Positions 13,954 to 28,805 of a DNA stretch of 64,000 nucleotides are shown in pieces. The DNA is from Octopus sinensis. Lineage: Eukaryota. Where the stretch lies: NCBI RefSeq assembly GCF_006345805.1, contig NC_043000.1, positions 93,744,001-93,808,000 on the forward strand. Direction: 5' to 3'. The position numbers and the translations under genes were made by a program. The notes below the pieces were generated by a model that saw only the letters and a program-made list of their open reading frames with translations, made no database searches and was not told the origin of the DNA. Numbering within the stretch: position 1 is the stretch's first letter; every line of letters begins with the position of its first letter.

Positions 13954-14828
13954 TAGACAGACAGAGAGAGACAGACAGACAGACAGATAGATAGAAAGAT
14001 AGACAGACAGAAAGACAGACAGACAGATAAGTTTGTGAGTGACACTATAAATGACATCTGTTCACAGATTCATGTGTGTATGTGTCTATAGGGAGTATGT
14101 ATTTCTGTTTGTTGATTGCTGCATGTTGCTAGGATAGGCAAGATAAAAAAATAAAGGAAGAAAAAAAAGAAAAAATACCCCTCACAATAAAAGACAACTA
14201 ATTAAAAATTATAAAGAATTAAAATTAAAAATAAACTTATATTTCCAAATTACATGCTATAGGATATAAATACTTGACCTTTTTTTTACTATTTTTAAAA
14301 CACATTAAAATGTTTTTTTTTTAAATTTTTGTTTTAATTCCACTGCTTTTCTTTGATACAAATATAGCTGTGTTGAATTTCCTTGCTGAGTGTACGTACA
14401 TACATATATGCATGAATGCATGCATCTGTACATACATACATACATATATATTTATATTTATATTTTATATATGTATATGTTTCTTGGTCGTATTCTGTAT
14501 GTTAGCATGAATGGACTGGCAGAAGAGAATATGAACTGAATGTCGAGTTGACAGTGGCATTCATAGACAGGGTTTCTTTGAATACATGCATGTATATATA
14601 TGTATATATATATGCGTGTGTGTATTTTTACTTGTTTCAGTTCTTTGACTGCAGCCATGCCGAGGTACGACATTGAGGAACTTTTCTCAAATGAATCAGC
14701 CTCAGTACTTTTTTCTATTTTTAAGGCTTGGTACTTATTCTATCAGTCTCTTCTAATGAACTGCTAAGTAACAGGGATGTAAAGACGTGTGTGTGTATAT
14801 ATATATATATATTTATTTATTTATATAT

Positions 14829-14860
<32 letters not shown>

Positions 14861-14878
14861 CATATATATGTATGTATG

Positions 14879-15030
14879 TACTAGAGTAAGCACATAAATG
14901 TGAAATAATGTGGAAAAAATAGTACTCGAATACAGGAGGTAGAGTAATATGCATTATTAATAAAGCTGCAAAGACATCACAAAAACTGTTACTTAGAGTT
15001 TTACGTTCCCATTCGTTGGACGGGTTTGGT
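14879..15030 (-). mobile_element. PLE pLTR fragment (28605 family)
   Basis: Collinear with 28605-28750 (gagtaa-cacataaatgtgaaa...ggtagagtaatatgc...ctgttact-agagttt-acgttccc); hammerhead core degenerate. Confidence 0.7.
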
Positions 15031-15750
15031 GGAGAATATATATATATATATATATATACATACATACACACACACACACACACATATACGCATGCAGAGA
15101 CATGGCTGTATGGTTAAAAAATTTGTTTTACAGCTGTGTGGTTTTGGTTTCAATTCCACTGCATAGCACCTTGGGCAGGTGTTGTTTTCTGCTATGATCC
15201 CTAAGCTGACGAAAAGCCTTGTAAATGGATTTGGTGAACAGATACCAGAAAAACATCGTAATGTGTGTGTGTGTGCATGTGCGTGTGTGTGCTTGTGTGT
15301 ATGCGTTTGTGTGAGTTTGTATTTCCCTTGTCTTCATATATGTTTGCTGATTGCTAAGAACGGCCTTAATGCTGCTGCTGCTGCTGGCTTGCAGTCCACT
15401 GCAATAGCATGACTGGGCTTCCTGTCCTGTCTGGATGTGTTGTGCAATCTTTGTAAACAAAATTGCTCGTTTTTATATGGCTGCATTTGTTTCCAGTTCT
15501 TTACGTAAACAAGTCCAGGCCATTCGTTGTTCGATAGACAGATGGCTTTGGCATCAGGAGAGGCAGCCAGCTCTCCGCAGAGAACTCTCCCCTTGAATGT
15601 ATTCTCATCTGATTCATGTAAGCACAGAAAAGTGGATGTCGAATGATGATGATGTGTGTGTATATCTATTTATGTGTGAATACGTATGTATATATGTTTG
15701 TATGTATGTATCTATATATGCGTTTGTATATATATATATATGTGTGTATG

Positions 15751-15788
<38 letters not shown>

Positions 15789-15995
15789 GATACAATGCTC
15801 AAAATGAAGAGTAGATAGACAGCTGACAACTGATGAAGGGTCCTTTCTCTGTGTTTACTTGTCCTATTCTCCATTTTTTCTCTTGTTCTTTACATATTTA
15901 ACTCATTTATTTATATATTTCATGCTGTTTGAACCATTGGTGATGTCCTGTACCCATATATGCATGTATATATATATATATATATATATATATGT

Positions 15996-16167
15996 AGGCG
16001 CAGGAGTGGCTGTGTGGTAAGTAGTTTGCTAACCAACCACATCGTTCAGGCTTCAGTCCCTCTGCGTGGCACCTTGGGCAAGTGTCTTCTGCTATAGCCC
16101 CGGGCCGACCAATGCCTTGTGAGTGGATTTGGTTGATGGAAACTGAAAGAAGCCTGTCGTATATATG

Positions 16168-16222
<55 letters not shown>

Positions 16223-16430
16223 ATGTGTTTGGGTGTCTGTGTTTGTCCCACTAGCATTGCTTGACAACCGATGCTGGTGTGTTTACGTACCCGTCACTTA
16301 GCGGTTCGGCAAAAGAGACCGATAGAATAAGTACTGGGCTTACAAAGAATAAGTCCCGAGGTCGATTTGCTCGACCAAAGGCGGTGCTCCAGCAAGGCCG
16401 CAGTCAAATGACTGAAACAAGTAAAAGAGA
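15996..16430 (+). mobile_element. Family A tRNA-derived SINE (CORE-like), full-length
   Basis: tRNA-like head with A box (tggctgtgtggt) and B box (ggcttcagtcc), CORE-like ggcaccttgggcaagtgtctt, internal TA/TG microsatellite, and end actgaaacaagtaaaaga. Many copies in the window. Confidence 0.85.
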
Positions 16431-17159
16431 AAAAGAGAGATATATATATGTGTGTATATATATATATATTGTACACACACACACACACATCTTTATAGTC
16501 TCATTGTTCTTTTCTCATGTATATTACTGTATACTCTATATGGTTTGTACAAGGACAAACTAAGGAATTATTTTATGAGTTCTAACGGATTATTTGAATC
16601 CATATATCATGCCTTAAACACATATATGTGTTTGTGTGACTTTATGCTCTCTCTATATATGTTTTTCTCTATATATGTGTATATATACATACATACATAT
16701 ATATATATATATTATAATTTCACACATACATACACACACAGAGATGTATATATATAGATATGTGTGAAGTGCTTGTAACTGAGGCTTCTGCCTTATTCTA
16801 TGCTTTCTATGCCAACAAAAGGAAAACTCACTGAATCATACTCTCAGGTGCCAATTCTATCACGATAATAATGATAACATTGCTACCATAATTTATCTGT
16901 TTCTGTTTCCTTTTAATGTATGATGCATATGGATGATAGATAGAGCGTCTCACAATTTGATAACTGCTTAAGAATTCTCCTTCTGTTCCGTATTTTTTTT
17001 ATTTGTCTATTTTTTTTTTTTTACCAATTTTTATTTTTAAATTTCAGACAAAATTCACATTTGTAAATAGGTTATCAAGCATTTTACATTTTAGCATTTG
17101 TTTGCTTATATTTTCCTTTTTTTTTTTTAAATCTTTCTAGAAGGTTCTTTCTCTCTGTC

Positions 17160-17198
<39 letters not shown>

Positions 17199-18995
17199 CT
17201 TTTCCCCTCTCTCAACATAGCTGTTCAGTTCTGTAATCACTCACCTTGTTGCATTTTATTTTATTTTGTTTTACATTTTGCGTTTCTATTTCATTTCATG
17301 TTTCTCTTTCTTCATTTTTATTTATCTTTTAATTTTTTTTTACTATATCTTATTTTATACTATATTTTCACTTTGAAAATATCAACAAACTGACAAAATT
17401 CTTGCAATAATTTCTAACGACACGATCAGTTACTGTACCTCTCTAACACTCCCCGCCGGTTACATTATTCCAATATTCCCACACCCCCACCACCTCCAGG
17501 CAATATTCCCACCACCTCCAGGCATGTTCTCATATCTGCACTTCCTATGCAGATTGCTTGAGATGGGTTAGGTCTGAAGGATGGGGACGGGGTGGCAGCA
17601 TACTTTGTCATCAGGTTGTTTGCTCTGTCACTTCTTCTCTGCACTCCCCACACTCTCTTTTTCTCTCTCCCTCACTTTCTTTTTCTAACATGATATTTCA
17701 TCCTCTCTCTCACACACTACCTTTCTCTCTGTCTGTCTGTCTCTCTCTCTCTGTCTCGCTCTCTCTCTCTCTCTCTATCTATCTTCTGGCAGATATGATT
17801 GGGACAGTGAAGCTGGTTTTTGCTGTTTGGGTGCTAGTACTACTGGTGGTGTTTGTGATGGTTATGGCATTAACAAATTTAGCACCAAAGGATAGGGGTG
17901 GTTGTTGTGGCACCTGGTGGTTGCAGGGGCTGGTGCTAGGGGCTGGTACTAGCAGCATTGTTGTTGGTGGAGGAGATCTAGTTGAGACAGAAGCAGTGGA
18001 GCCATTGGTGTATTGGTTATTAGTTAAAAAATTATGATTACTATGACAACGATGAGGATGATGATTGTGGTGGTGGTGATGGTGCTGGTGGAAAATAGTG
18101 ATGGTGTAGGAAGTGGTGGTGGTGGTGATGACGATGATGATCATAGAGGTCCCAATATTTTAGAGAGGTGCCGTTGCTCTCCCCTGTTGCCTTGTTCTGC
18201 CACCCCTCCCCTCCCCATGCCACTCTCCAGCTCAGCTGCTTCTAGAGTATTGTCAGAAATGGAAGTGGTGAAAGTGATGGTAGTGAGGTGACCCCCACTC
18301 CCCGGGAGCCAGGAAAGCTGAAAGCAGGTGAAGATGGGGACACTTTTGAGCTAAGAGACACCTAGGAAGGTGGGTGGTCCATAGCACTCTGGGGCAGGAC
18401 ATAGAAGGTAGGCTATTAAAAGGGGATGTTTGTTTTTCTTCAAACAATCGCAAGTGCCATAACATAATGGCACACATTCATACATACACATAAATACAAA
18501 GACACACACACTCTCTCTCTCTCTCTCGTCCCCTTATATCTTTCTTTCTCCTCTTTTCCTTGTTTCTCTGTCTTTTCCATTTGCAAACATCTTACCTGGT
18601 ATTCTGTTCCAGCTCGCCTCCCACCGCTACCATCATGACTCAATACTTCTTCACCTCTACCATCGCCATGACTGCCTTCTTTCTCATCAGTATCATCATC
18701 ATTGTCATCACTGTCATCATCATCATCATCGTTATCATCATCACCATCATCATCATTGTAATCAACACCAGTGCCACCATCACCATCATCACCACCACCA
18801 TCAAAACTACTACCATCATCAACACCACCATCACCACCACTGTCGTGACCAACACCATCACCACCACCTTTGCCATTACCATCATTTTCCTGTCACCACC
18901 CTCACCGCTACCATCACAAACATTGCTATCAGATCTGCTAGTATTGCCATTGTAAATATATACATTACTCTTATAATCACCACTGCATTCTCCCC

Positions 18996-19042
<47 letters not shown>

Positions 19043-19800
19043 CCAACAGTGACTTTCCAACAGCTACCACTCCATCCATAACCACCATGTTTACCAGTAT
19101 GTATAAAGCACAACCACTTTTATCGGCCGCAATCACATCTGCTCCCATGATTCCTCTCCACTTTCATATAGACCCACCCCCCTCCCTACTACCATTAACA
19201 TAGTCACTGTCATCACGTCCCTCTCTCTAAATGCCCTTCACTGCTACCACACTGATCACCACCTCCATTACAGTGACCACCACTGCTGCAAAGACAATCC
19301 TATGATATTGCTATTACAATAATCCCCTACATCACCATCACTTACTGCAACAATTCCCACCATCACCACCACCATCACTACCACCACCACCACACAACAA
19401 GTGACAACCCTCCCTACCACCACCACCACCACAACAACTAGAACAACAACAACGAACATCCTCCCACTGCTACCACAGGTTAATCACCAGTGTCAAAAGG
19501 TGTCATTCTTTACTCAGAGTGCAGTCTTCCATTGCACCTGAGTGACAGGTTAGTTGGTGACGCATAGCTTAGTTTGCTAGCTTAGCTTAGCATAGCTGCC
19601 TCAGCTGGGTAAGTCATCACCGAATATTTCCAACATGACTGGTGTGTGAGCCTCAAATGCCTCCCCCAAACCCACCTCCTGCCTGTCTATCTGTCTATCT
19701 ATCTATCTATCTATCCATCTATTTATCTGCCTATCTGTTTATATATCCTAATCTGTCTTCCTTATGTAAAAGTGATTATATATAATCATTATATGTGGTT

Positions 19801-19857
19801 TGTGCCTGATGAATATGTTTGAGGTATTTCTCAACATATGAAACTATTAGTAGCACA
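19801..19857 (+). ncRNA. Minimal type I hammerhead ribozyme (PLE type), core and stems intact
   Basis: tgtgc-CTGATGA-atatgtttgag(gtattt)ctcaacatat-GAAA-CTATTAG-TA-gcaca. Stem I is 5 bp, stem II is 10 bp with one bulge, stem III is the palindrome CTA-T-TAG, triplet GUA. Confidence 0.88.
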
Positions 19858-21345
19858 GAAAAACATGTATTGTGTCTAATTAAATAATATTTATTTCTCA
19901 CCAGATGGGGTACTTTTTTGTTGATCTTACCCACCATGGAACAGTACATTATACATATATATAATAATTTTTAATTGCACCTTTCTATACTGTCATGAAT
20001 CAGATGGAATTTTCAAAACTGATTTTCTATGATAGAATGCTTTCATAGTCACCAACCTTCACTTGTTTCCAAACAAGGTGATATTTCCCTGTGACTGGAA
20101 ATGTTTACCAAACCAAACCACTAAGCTACAAGGATGTAAATACACCTATACCAGTTTTCAAGAAGTAGTGAGGGACAAACATACGCATGAAGGTTCGCAG
20201 ACACGCACACACACACACAAGACAGGCTTCTTTCAGATTGTCTACGAAATCCACTAACAAAGCTATGGTCAGCCCAAGGCTATAGTGGAAGGCACTTGGC
20301 CAAGGTGTCATGCAATGGGACTGAACCCTGAACAATGCGGTTGGGAAGGAGGCATTTTAACACACACCCATGACTGCCCCTATGAGTACTTTTCCCTGAT
20401 ACCAGCACTAGTCTGGCTACCAAGTAATTCATAAGACAAAGCAAAATAGCCCTTCAACTGAGTAGAGTTGTAGTAGAGATTGTGGAGTGGGGGCACTTTA
20501 TGCCTCATTTTAAGAGGCTAAAGTATGATAGAGGAATATTAATTACTTGTAGGGACATCATATTTATTTATGCAACCCCAATATACTACAAAGTACATTA
20601 AACACTTTATAAGTTAATACTTTGCACTTCTGTGTTAGCAGTGCTATTAAAGATAATACTTGTTAAGGTTGTCTCTACAGATGTTTCTAAAGAAATTATA
20701 GCCAGCATTGATTTGTGCTAGCTATAGAACAGGCACAGGTGTCTTGCTGTAGAGAAGATAAATGGCTACTCAGCATTATTCAAAGGTGGGTGAGAATAGC
20801 TGGAAAGAAGACAAGGATGGTGGTAGCAAGGTATCAGAGTGTCTCAAAATACAAAATGAGTATAAGAGAGAATCAGGAAATTCTGTGTGTGTGTATATGT
20901 GTGTGTGTGTTCGTGTGCATGTCTTGTAAAATGTAACATGAAAACTGACAATATACAAGTGTAGGCGATAGAATTACATGGGCAGAAAGATAAATATTGA
21001 ATATACAAAAATGACATTGTTTAACATGTCAGTAATATTGCTTGCTGTATATATATTTGTTTATATACATTTTATGTTTTATGTTATGTGGTAGCAATAT
21101 GCACCATATAACATGTAGTTGTTTATTAATTTTTTTATTTCATTTGTTTATTTGTCAACCTCTTTTTTTTCCTATTCATTAATTAGAAATGTTATATGGT
21201 TGCTGTAAGATTGTTGCTACTGTTGTTATTATTGTTGCTGCTGATTCTGCTGTTAGTAGTGGTAATATAGCAGTGGGTTGTGGTAGCATCCACCACCGCC
21301 TCCACTAACTACTACTGCTGCTGCTGCACTTTATTTTCCTTAAAT

Positions 21346-21385
<40 letters not shown>

Positions 21386-22584
21386 TATTTATTTATATAT
21401 ATATATATTTATTTATTTATATATATATATATTTATTTATTTATATATATGTATATATATATTATATATATATATATTCATATGTATGTGTGTATATATA
21501 TATGTATTTATTTATTCATGTGTGTGTGTATGTGTATCTTTGTATATGCTTATATGTGTGTTTGTATGCACACTATTACATATGATCCCTTAGTTAAACC
21601 AGGGGACTATTTCTACAGAGCAAACTCACACTCACAGTATACAACTTGACAGGTTTGGTCCATCAAATCCACTGATAAGGCTCTGGTTGGCCTGAGTCTG
21701 TAGTTGCAGCCACTTGCCCCAGGGGCTGCACATTGGGAATGAACGTAAGTCTGCACGGCTGGGGAGGAGCAAGCTTCTCAACCACACAACCACACCTGTA
21801 CTGCCCATAAGCCACACAGGTGAGGGTTGGCAACAGGAAGTGCATCCAGCCATAGAAAATCCGTCTGAACAAAATTACATCCGACCTGTGTGACTATGGA
21901 AAAGTGGACACTAAAACAATAATGACGATGATGGTGATGGTGATGGAATATATTAGTGGTGTAATGACAGCAACATTTAACAATCGCAAGCAGCAACTTT
22001 CTGTGGTGTTTCTATTGTCAATAACAGGCTTGTTGTTGCTTTGTGAAACTAATCAGTCAAACATGTTGTCATAGAGCAGCATTAGTACCTCACTGTATCT
22101 CCATGGTAACAGAGCAAGGTAGCAAGAGAGTAGAAAGAGGAGGAGGAGAAGAAGAAGAAGAAGAAGAAGGAAGAAACTTAATAAACTAACCGAAAAACAC
22201 AACAACAAAAAAAAAATGAATGAATACCAAAAGAAAGATGGCATTGGCAATCAAAGGTAAAATGAAAAGGGGATGGGGGGGAGAAAAGAGGAAAAACAAA
22301 TTGCAAAAAAAAACAATAAAATAAAATAAAAGAAGAAATGCTGCTTATCCCAAAGAGGAATCAAGCTGTCGAGTGGTTGAATGATCAATTAATCTTGTTT
22401 CTCTTATCAATGATGCTTGTTGTCGTTGTTGAGTCTCAGATCAATCCTGATTGAACTGACTTATGATTAAAGACATTCCAACCATGTCCTCTGTTCTGTC
22501 TGTTTAGGAATATTCAGAACTGCATTAATCAACCAATGCACCTTTTTCTATTATATATGTGTGTGTGGTGTGTTGTGTGTGTGT

Positions 22585-23030
22585 GTGTAGCTTTGTGGTT
22601 AGAAGTTTGCTTCTTAACCTCATAGTTTTGGGTTCAGTTCCACTGTAAGAGGATCAGGTAGACGGAAGCCCATCACATATTTCATCATCATCATTAACAT
22701 TGATGATGATGATAAGGAAATATATGATGGGCTTTCGTCTGTATATTTCTCTCTCTCTCTCTCTCTCTATCTATATATTTATCTATCTGTCTAATCTATC
22801 TATCAATATATATGTGTGTGTGTGTGTGTGTGCATCTATGGGTCTGTGTTTGTCCCCTACCACCTCATGGCAACCAGTGTTAATGTGTTTATGTCTCTGT
22901 AACTTAGAAGTTCAGCATAAGAAATCGATAAAATAGTACCAGGGTTTATATAAAAAGAATTACTGAATAAAAATTCCTCGAGGTGGTGTCCCAGCATGGC
23001 CACAGTCTAATGACTGAAACAAGTAAAAGA
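22585..23030 (+). mobile_element. Family A SINE, internally deleted
   Basis: Head and 3' end match 15996-16430. Confidence 0.75.
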
Positions 23031-23233
23031 TGCACGATATATATATGTATACACACATATATCTGGGCAATTTAGCTTAATTGTTAAATACTCAGCCAGT
23101 GTCCGAGGATTCAGGTTCAAGTCCCATGGCTGTCTGTTGACAAGTTTTTTTCATCTTATAAGGGTAAAATATCCAATCTTTCTGCTTTTTCATGGCTATA
23201 CAGCATTCGAAATATTACCTTCTTGTCTGTATA

Positions 23234-23264
<31 letters not shown>

Positions 23265-24455
23265 ATAAATTTAGAGTGAACACTTGATAAGTATAAGCAC
23301 CTGTATACGCCAGCTAGTGGCAGAGGTGAGAGGGTATATGTATCAAATGAAATCAAAAACAGAACACAAAGGATGTTGCGGTACACGTGTTTCAAGCTTT
23401 ATAAACGACATATCCTTACATCAGTGTATAATATACATACACACACAGTTTCTTCTTCTGTATAATCTTAAAAGCATATATATTGCTGCTCTTCGATATA
23501 AAATGAAATATGTATGTATATATATGTATATATATATGTGTGTGTGTATACAAATATTAGGTCTGTAATATATCTTATACACCCTTGAAAGACTAAACCA
23601 ACCTCGATGGGGAATTAAAATCAGGAGCATTAGGAGAGTCTGACCAGATTAGATCCCTGTAGCCATTTGGTCTGATTCGCTTCTGTTTCTGCCACTCTAC
23701 AAAACTCTTGATAGTCTTAACTAATATTTCAGACTTCTAGCCTGAAGCCATTAGCAGAACAATTGCAGCAAACTGCCTTGTAGTGGATTATGTCCCTTTA
23801 TGCTTTAAGTTCAAGGTCTGTAAGGACTGGGAAGCCTTTAACTTTTAATCTTCTGGGATATCAATGGAAAACAAAAAAAAAGAAACAGTTAGATATCGTG
23901 GTTGGTCTAATTGAATGAGCTTTACCCTGAATTTTGTGGCCTTATGCCAAGATAAAATATCAATAAGATTTCCAATTTTGGCAAAAAGCTACAAAAATCT
24001 TGTAAGGAAGGTATATAGTAGATTGAATTTACTTAGAATAATTGCCTTGTGCTTACTTTGACAGTTCTCGCCCACCTGCCCCCAGCATCACTGTGAAGGG
24101 AGGAAAGGGAAAAGCTAACTTCCATAGGATTTGAACTCAAAATGTAAAGAAATGAAGGTTATTAAACAATGTATTTTTTAGGTTTGCATATTTAGAAAAG
24201 GTGACTTTCCCAGTAATATATGCAAAAAATATTTACAGTATCATCAAGTATCACACAATTCGCAGAAAATAGATGGCTGGAGACCCTTCCTGCAAACAGA
24301 TGAGGGCTGGGAACATGAAGAGCATTTATCCATAAAAAAAAATTGGCCTCAGCAAGATCCATCTGACCTTCACAAACATAGAAAAATAGACATTAGATGA
24401 TTATGTTGATGATGATGGTGATGATGATTGTGTGTGTGCGTGTGTGTGTGTGTAT

Positions 24456-24908
24456 ACTTTTATTCTTTTACTTGTTTCAGTCATTTGACTGTGGCCATGC
24501 CGGAGCACCCCCTGAAAGAGTTTTTTTTTAAATCAAAGAAATCGATCCTAGGACTCATTCTTTGTAAGCCTAGTACTTATTCTATTGGTCTCTTTGGTTG
24601 AACTCCTAAGTTATTGGAGCATAAACACACCAGCATCAGTTGTCAAGCAATGGCCAGGGGACAAACACAGACACACACACACCCATACACACACACACAC
24701 CCACACACACATATACACACACACATACACACACACACACATTTACACATACGATGGGCTTCTTTGAGTCTCCACCTACCAAATGCACTCACAAGGCTTT
24801 GGTCGACCCAAGGCTATAGCAGAAGGCAGTTGCCCAAGGTGTCACACAGTAGGACTGAACCTGATACTATGTGGTTGGGAAGCAAGCTTCTTACCACACA
24901 GCCATGCC
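24456..24908 (-). mobile_element. Family A SINE, full-length
   Basis: Reverse complement matches 15996-16430. Confidence 0.85.
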
Positions 24909-25756
24909 GGTGCCTATATAATATATATATATACATATATATATTTACACATATAAATATATGCTTATGTATGTAAAACTTAAAATGAATTGCGAAATAA
25001 GACTAAAAGCCATCGATTGCTCAATGGCCCACATAAGCATTAAATTTGAAGAATCTTTGTTTTAAAATGTCCAAAATGCACAGACAATGCCAAAGCCCAC
25101 TTGTTTCCAAGCCCTGGACTATGGAATACACAACAATCTGCCACTGTAATTCAATAAGTGTGTTTTTCTATTGATTGAACAACTGGAATAAACATCGTTG
25201 AAACACCAACACTAGATACATATACACTTTTAGAGAATATATATATATATATATTTATATATATAGATATATATATGTATGTACGTATGTATGTATATGT
25301 GCGTGTATTTGTTTGTATGCTTCATTGTATTTATGTATATGCATGTCTGACATCCTGTCTCTTGTCTACATATGATTCGGTAAAGCAATAAAAAGCGAAG
25401 ATAACGATGATAGACTCTCCACCCACCCCCGCCCATTTCCAGTCAGTCCAGTTAACTGGATAGGATCAGTTTATTTCTGAAAAAAGAAATTTGCCATAAT
25501 TTTCTATTGTTGTTGTTGTTGTTGTTGTTGTAGTTATTTATTTATTTATTTACTTATTGTGTTCCTTTTTCATTCTTATATATTTGTATGTATATATATA
25601 TATATATATTATATCATTTTTATATAAATATGTTTTTATCTACACATATATATTATTTATAGGATGTTGTTTATATCTGTACAAATATAAATATATATTT
25701 ACATCTACATGTGTTTATTTATATAAATATCCATATATAGATGAGTGTTTGTGTAC

Positions 25757-25788
<32 letters not shown>

Positions 25789-25805
25789 ATTTATCTATAT
25801 ATATG

Positions 25806-25843
<38 letters not shown>

Positions 25844-26554
25844 TACATACACATGTATATAAATGCTTATATATATATATATTTATATATATATATAGAT
25901 GGATAGATAGATATAGATATGCATGGATCTATATATATATGTATATAGACAAATGGATACATACATGCATATACATATATATATGTACACACATACATGC
26001 ACACACACACACGCACTCACATACATGTATATGTGTGTGTTTCACTTGCAGACATCTGTTATCTCTATGGCAACACTGTTGCTCTCTCTCTCTCTCTCTC
26101 TTCATCTATGTGTATGTGCAAATGTGTAACCATGTGCACATTTGTGCATATGTAAGTGTCTGTGGCAGTTGTATTGATCTTTTTTTCCTCAACTGTCTGC
26201 TATTACACGCCAACCAATCAAGAAACCCTCAATGTGTTTACGCATTTTCTGACACTCTTTTTAATCATTTCTTTTCTTTTTTTGTCTCTACCTTTCTCTA
26301 CTTTTTTATTTTTTATTTTTGTAGAGTTTTTTTTTTTACACATGTAGTGTTGTGTTTCTGTGTTTTGTTTGTTCTTTATTTTTTTCAATTCTATTCTTAA
26401 ACTTTTGTCCATGTATTTATATATACATACACACACACACACATATATATATGTATGTGTGTGTATATATATATATATTATATATATATATATACATATA
26501 TATGTGTGTGTATATATATATATATATCTATATATGTGTGTGTATATATATGTG

Positions 26555-26622
<68 letters not shown>

Positions 26623-27156
26623 CACTTATATATATATATATATGTATGTATATATACATGTATGTATATATACATGTATGTATACAGAGTGGATATTTAG
26701 TAAGGCAGTTTTTGACAAGTTTTATATTAATAAAAACATATGACAGATATATGAGACAAATTGTGTGTGTGTGTGTGTGTGAAAGAAAGAGCAAGAGAGA
26801 GCATGGATCATGGATATTCATTGATGGTGATGATGTATTGAAAGTGTATATGTGCATCTGCTTGAATGTGTGTATGTATGTTTGAATCCAAACTTACGTT
26901 GATGTGTGCTTGTGCTAAGGAAGTCTCTCTTTATGTACATAGTTATATATGAATGTATTTCTCTGTGTGTGTGCGTGTGCATGTGTGTGTTCTTGAATAT
27001 CTATGTGCATATGTATACGTGAATGTATGTATGCATCAGCATGGCTTTGTATAGATAAATGCATGTATGCGTTTGTATCCATTTTGAGTGCTTATGAATA
27101 TTATCTCTTTCACAAAAACACCCACGCTTTATACACTATATATATATATATATGTA

Positions 27157-27480
27157 TCATCATCATCATCATCATCATTTAGCGTCTGCTTTCCATGCTA
27201 GCATGGGTTGGACGGTTCAACCGGGTTCTGGGAAGCCAGAAGGCTGCACCAGGCCCAGTCTGATCTGGCAATGTTTCTACGGCTGGATGCCCTTCCTAAC
27301 GCCAACCACTCCGTGAGTGTAGTGGGTGCTTTTTACGTGCCACCGGCACAGGTGCCAGACGGGGCTGGCAAACGGCCACGATCAGATGGTGCTTTTTACA
27401 TGCCACCAGCACTGGGGCCAGGCAAGGCTGGCAACGGCCACGATCGGATGGTGCTTTTTACGTGCCACCTGCACGGATAG
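27157..27480 (-). mobile_element. Family C element (RTE-type 3' end, (TGA)n tail)
   Basis: catcatcat-ttagcgtctgctttccatgctagcatgggttggacgg...ctggatgcccttcctaacgccaaccactcc. Other copies at about 8430, 12440, 21810, 40915, 42075, 46060 and 54910. Confidence 0.8.
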
Positions 27481-27482
27481 GT

Positions 27483-27905
27483 GCAGGCATGGCTGTGTGG
27501 TGAGATGCTTGCTTGCAAACCACATGGTTCTAGGTTCAGTCCCACTATGTGGCACTTTGGGCAAGTGTCTTCTACTGTAGCCTCAGGCCAACCAAAGTCT
27601 TGTGAGTGGATTTGGTAGATGGAAACTGAATGAAGCCTATTGTATATATATATATATAGATATAAGTATATATATATTTATTTACCTATATGTGTGTGTC
27701 TTTCTTTCTGTGTTTGTTCTCCCATCACTGCATAACTGCTGATGTTGGTTTGTTTATTCCCTAGTGACTTAGTTGTTCAGCAAAAGTGACTGATAGAATT
27801 AGTACTACACTTAAAAAAAATGTAAGTCCTGGGGTCAATTTCTCCAACTAAAACCCTTCAGCATGGACACAGTCTGATGGCTGAAACAAGTAAAAGAATA
27901 AAAGA
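27483..27905 (+). mobile_element. Family A SINE
   Basis: Matches 15996-16430. Confidence 0.8.
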
Positions 27906-27910
27906 ACATA

Positions 27911-27943
<33 letters not shown>

Positions 27944-28407
27944 ATATGGAAATATATGTGAGTGTATATCTGTATATCTGGAAATGTATACACTGTTATA
28001 TATATGTGTATGTGCACATGTGTGTTTTAATCATAGTTACCTTTCTAGTCTGTTCTTAATGAGTATATCATTACTAGTAGTTTCAATAGTAGCACATGGT
28101 CATCACCATCAACATCATCCGGAACACCACCTTGATTGTTGCCATCATCATCACTAGTATTGTGACTGACCCTTTCATCAGCATCATCATCATCATCATC
28201 TCTGTCACCATTAGTGCTGTCTTTATGCAATGACTTTGAACCGATGCTTTAAAATCTGCAAGAAAAGTTAATCATTAGAAGCCTGGCATGTTGTGAAGAG
28301 AGAGGAAACTCTCCTGTAGCCATCAGGATTTGGTGCAAGAGGAAGCAGTTGCAGGAAGCAGTTTCTGGATCTCCAGACACACTCTCTCTGTCTCTGTCTG
28401 TCTGTCC

Positions 28408-28447
<40 letters not shown>

Positions 28448-28486
28448 CTGGCTACCTATCCATCAACCAGTGTATCTGTCTGTTTA

Positions 28487-28551
<65 letters not shown>

Positions 28552-28560
28552 ATCTATCTA

Positions 28561-28592
<32 letters not shown>

Positions 28593-28604
28593 CATATATA
28601 TATA

Positions 28605-28757
28605 TACCGGAGTAAACACATAAATGTGAAACAAGGTGGAAAAAAAGAGTTCTCAAATACCAGGGGTAGAGTAATATGCTTTATTTCAAAGCAGCAGAAA
28701 ATTCAACAAAACCTGTTACTCTGAGTTTCACATTCCCATTTGTCGGACAGTTTTTTG

Positions 28758-28805
<48 letters not shown>

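Noticed and set aside
23310-23323. CTCF-like CCAGCTAGTGGCAG
   Set aside because: Two mismatches in the core and no other support.
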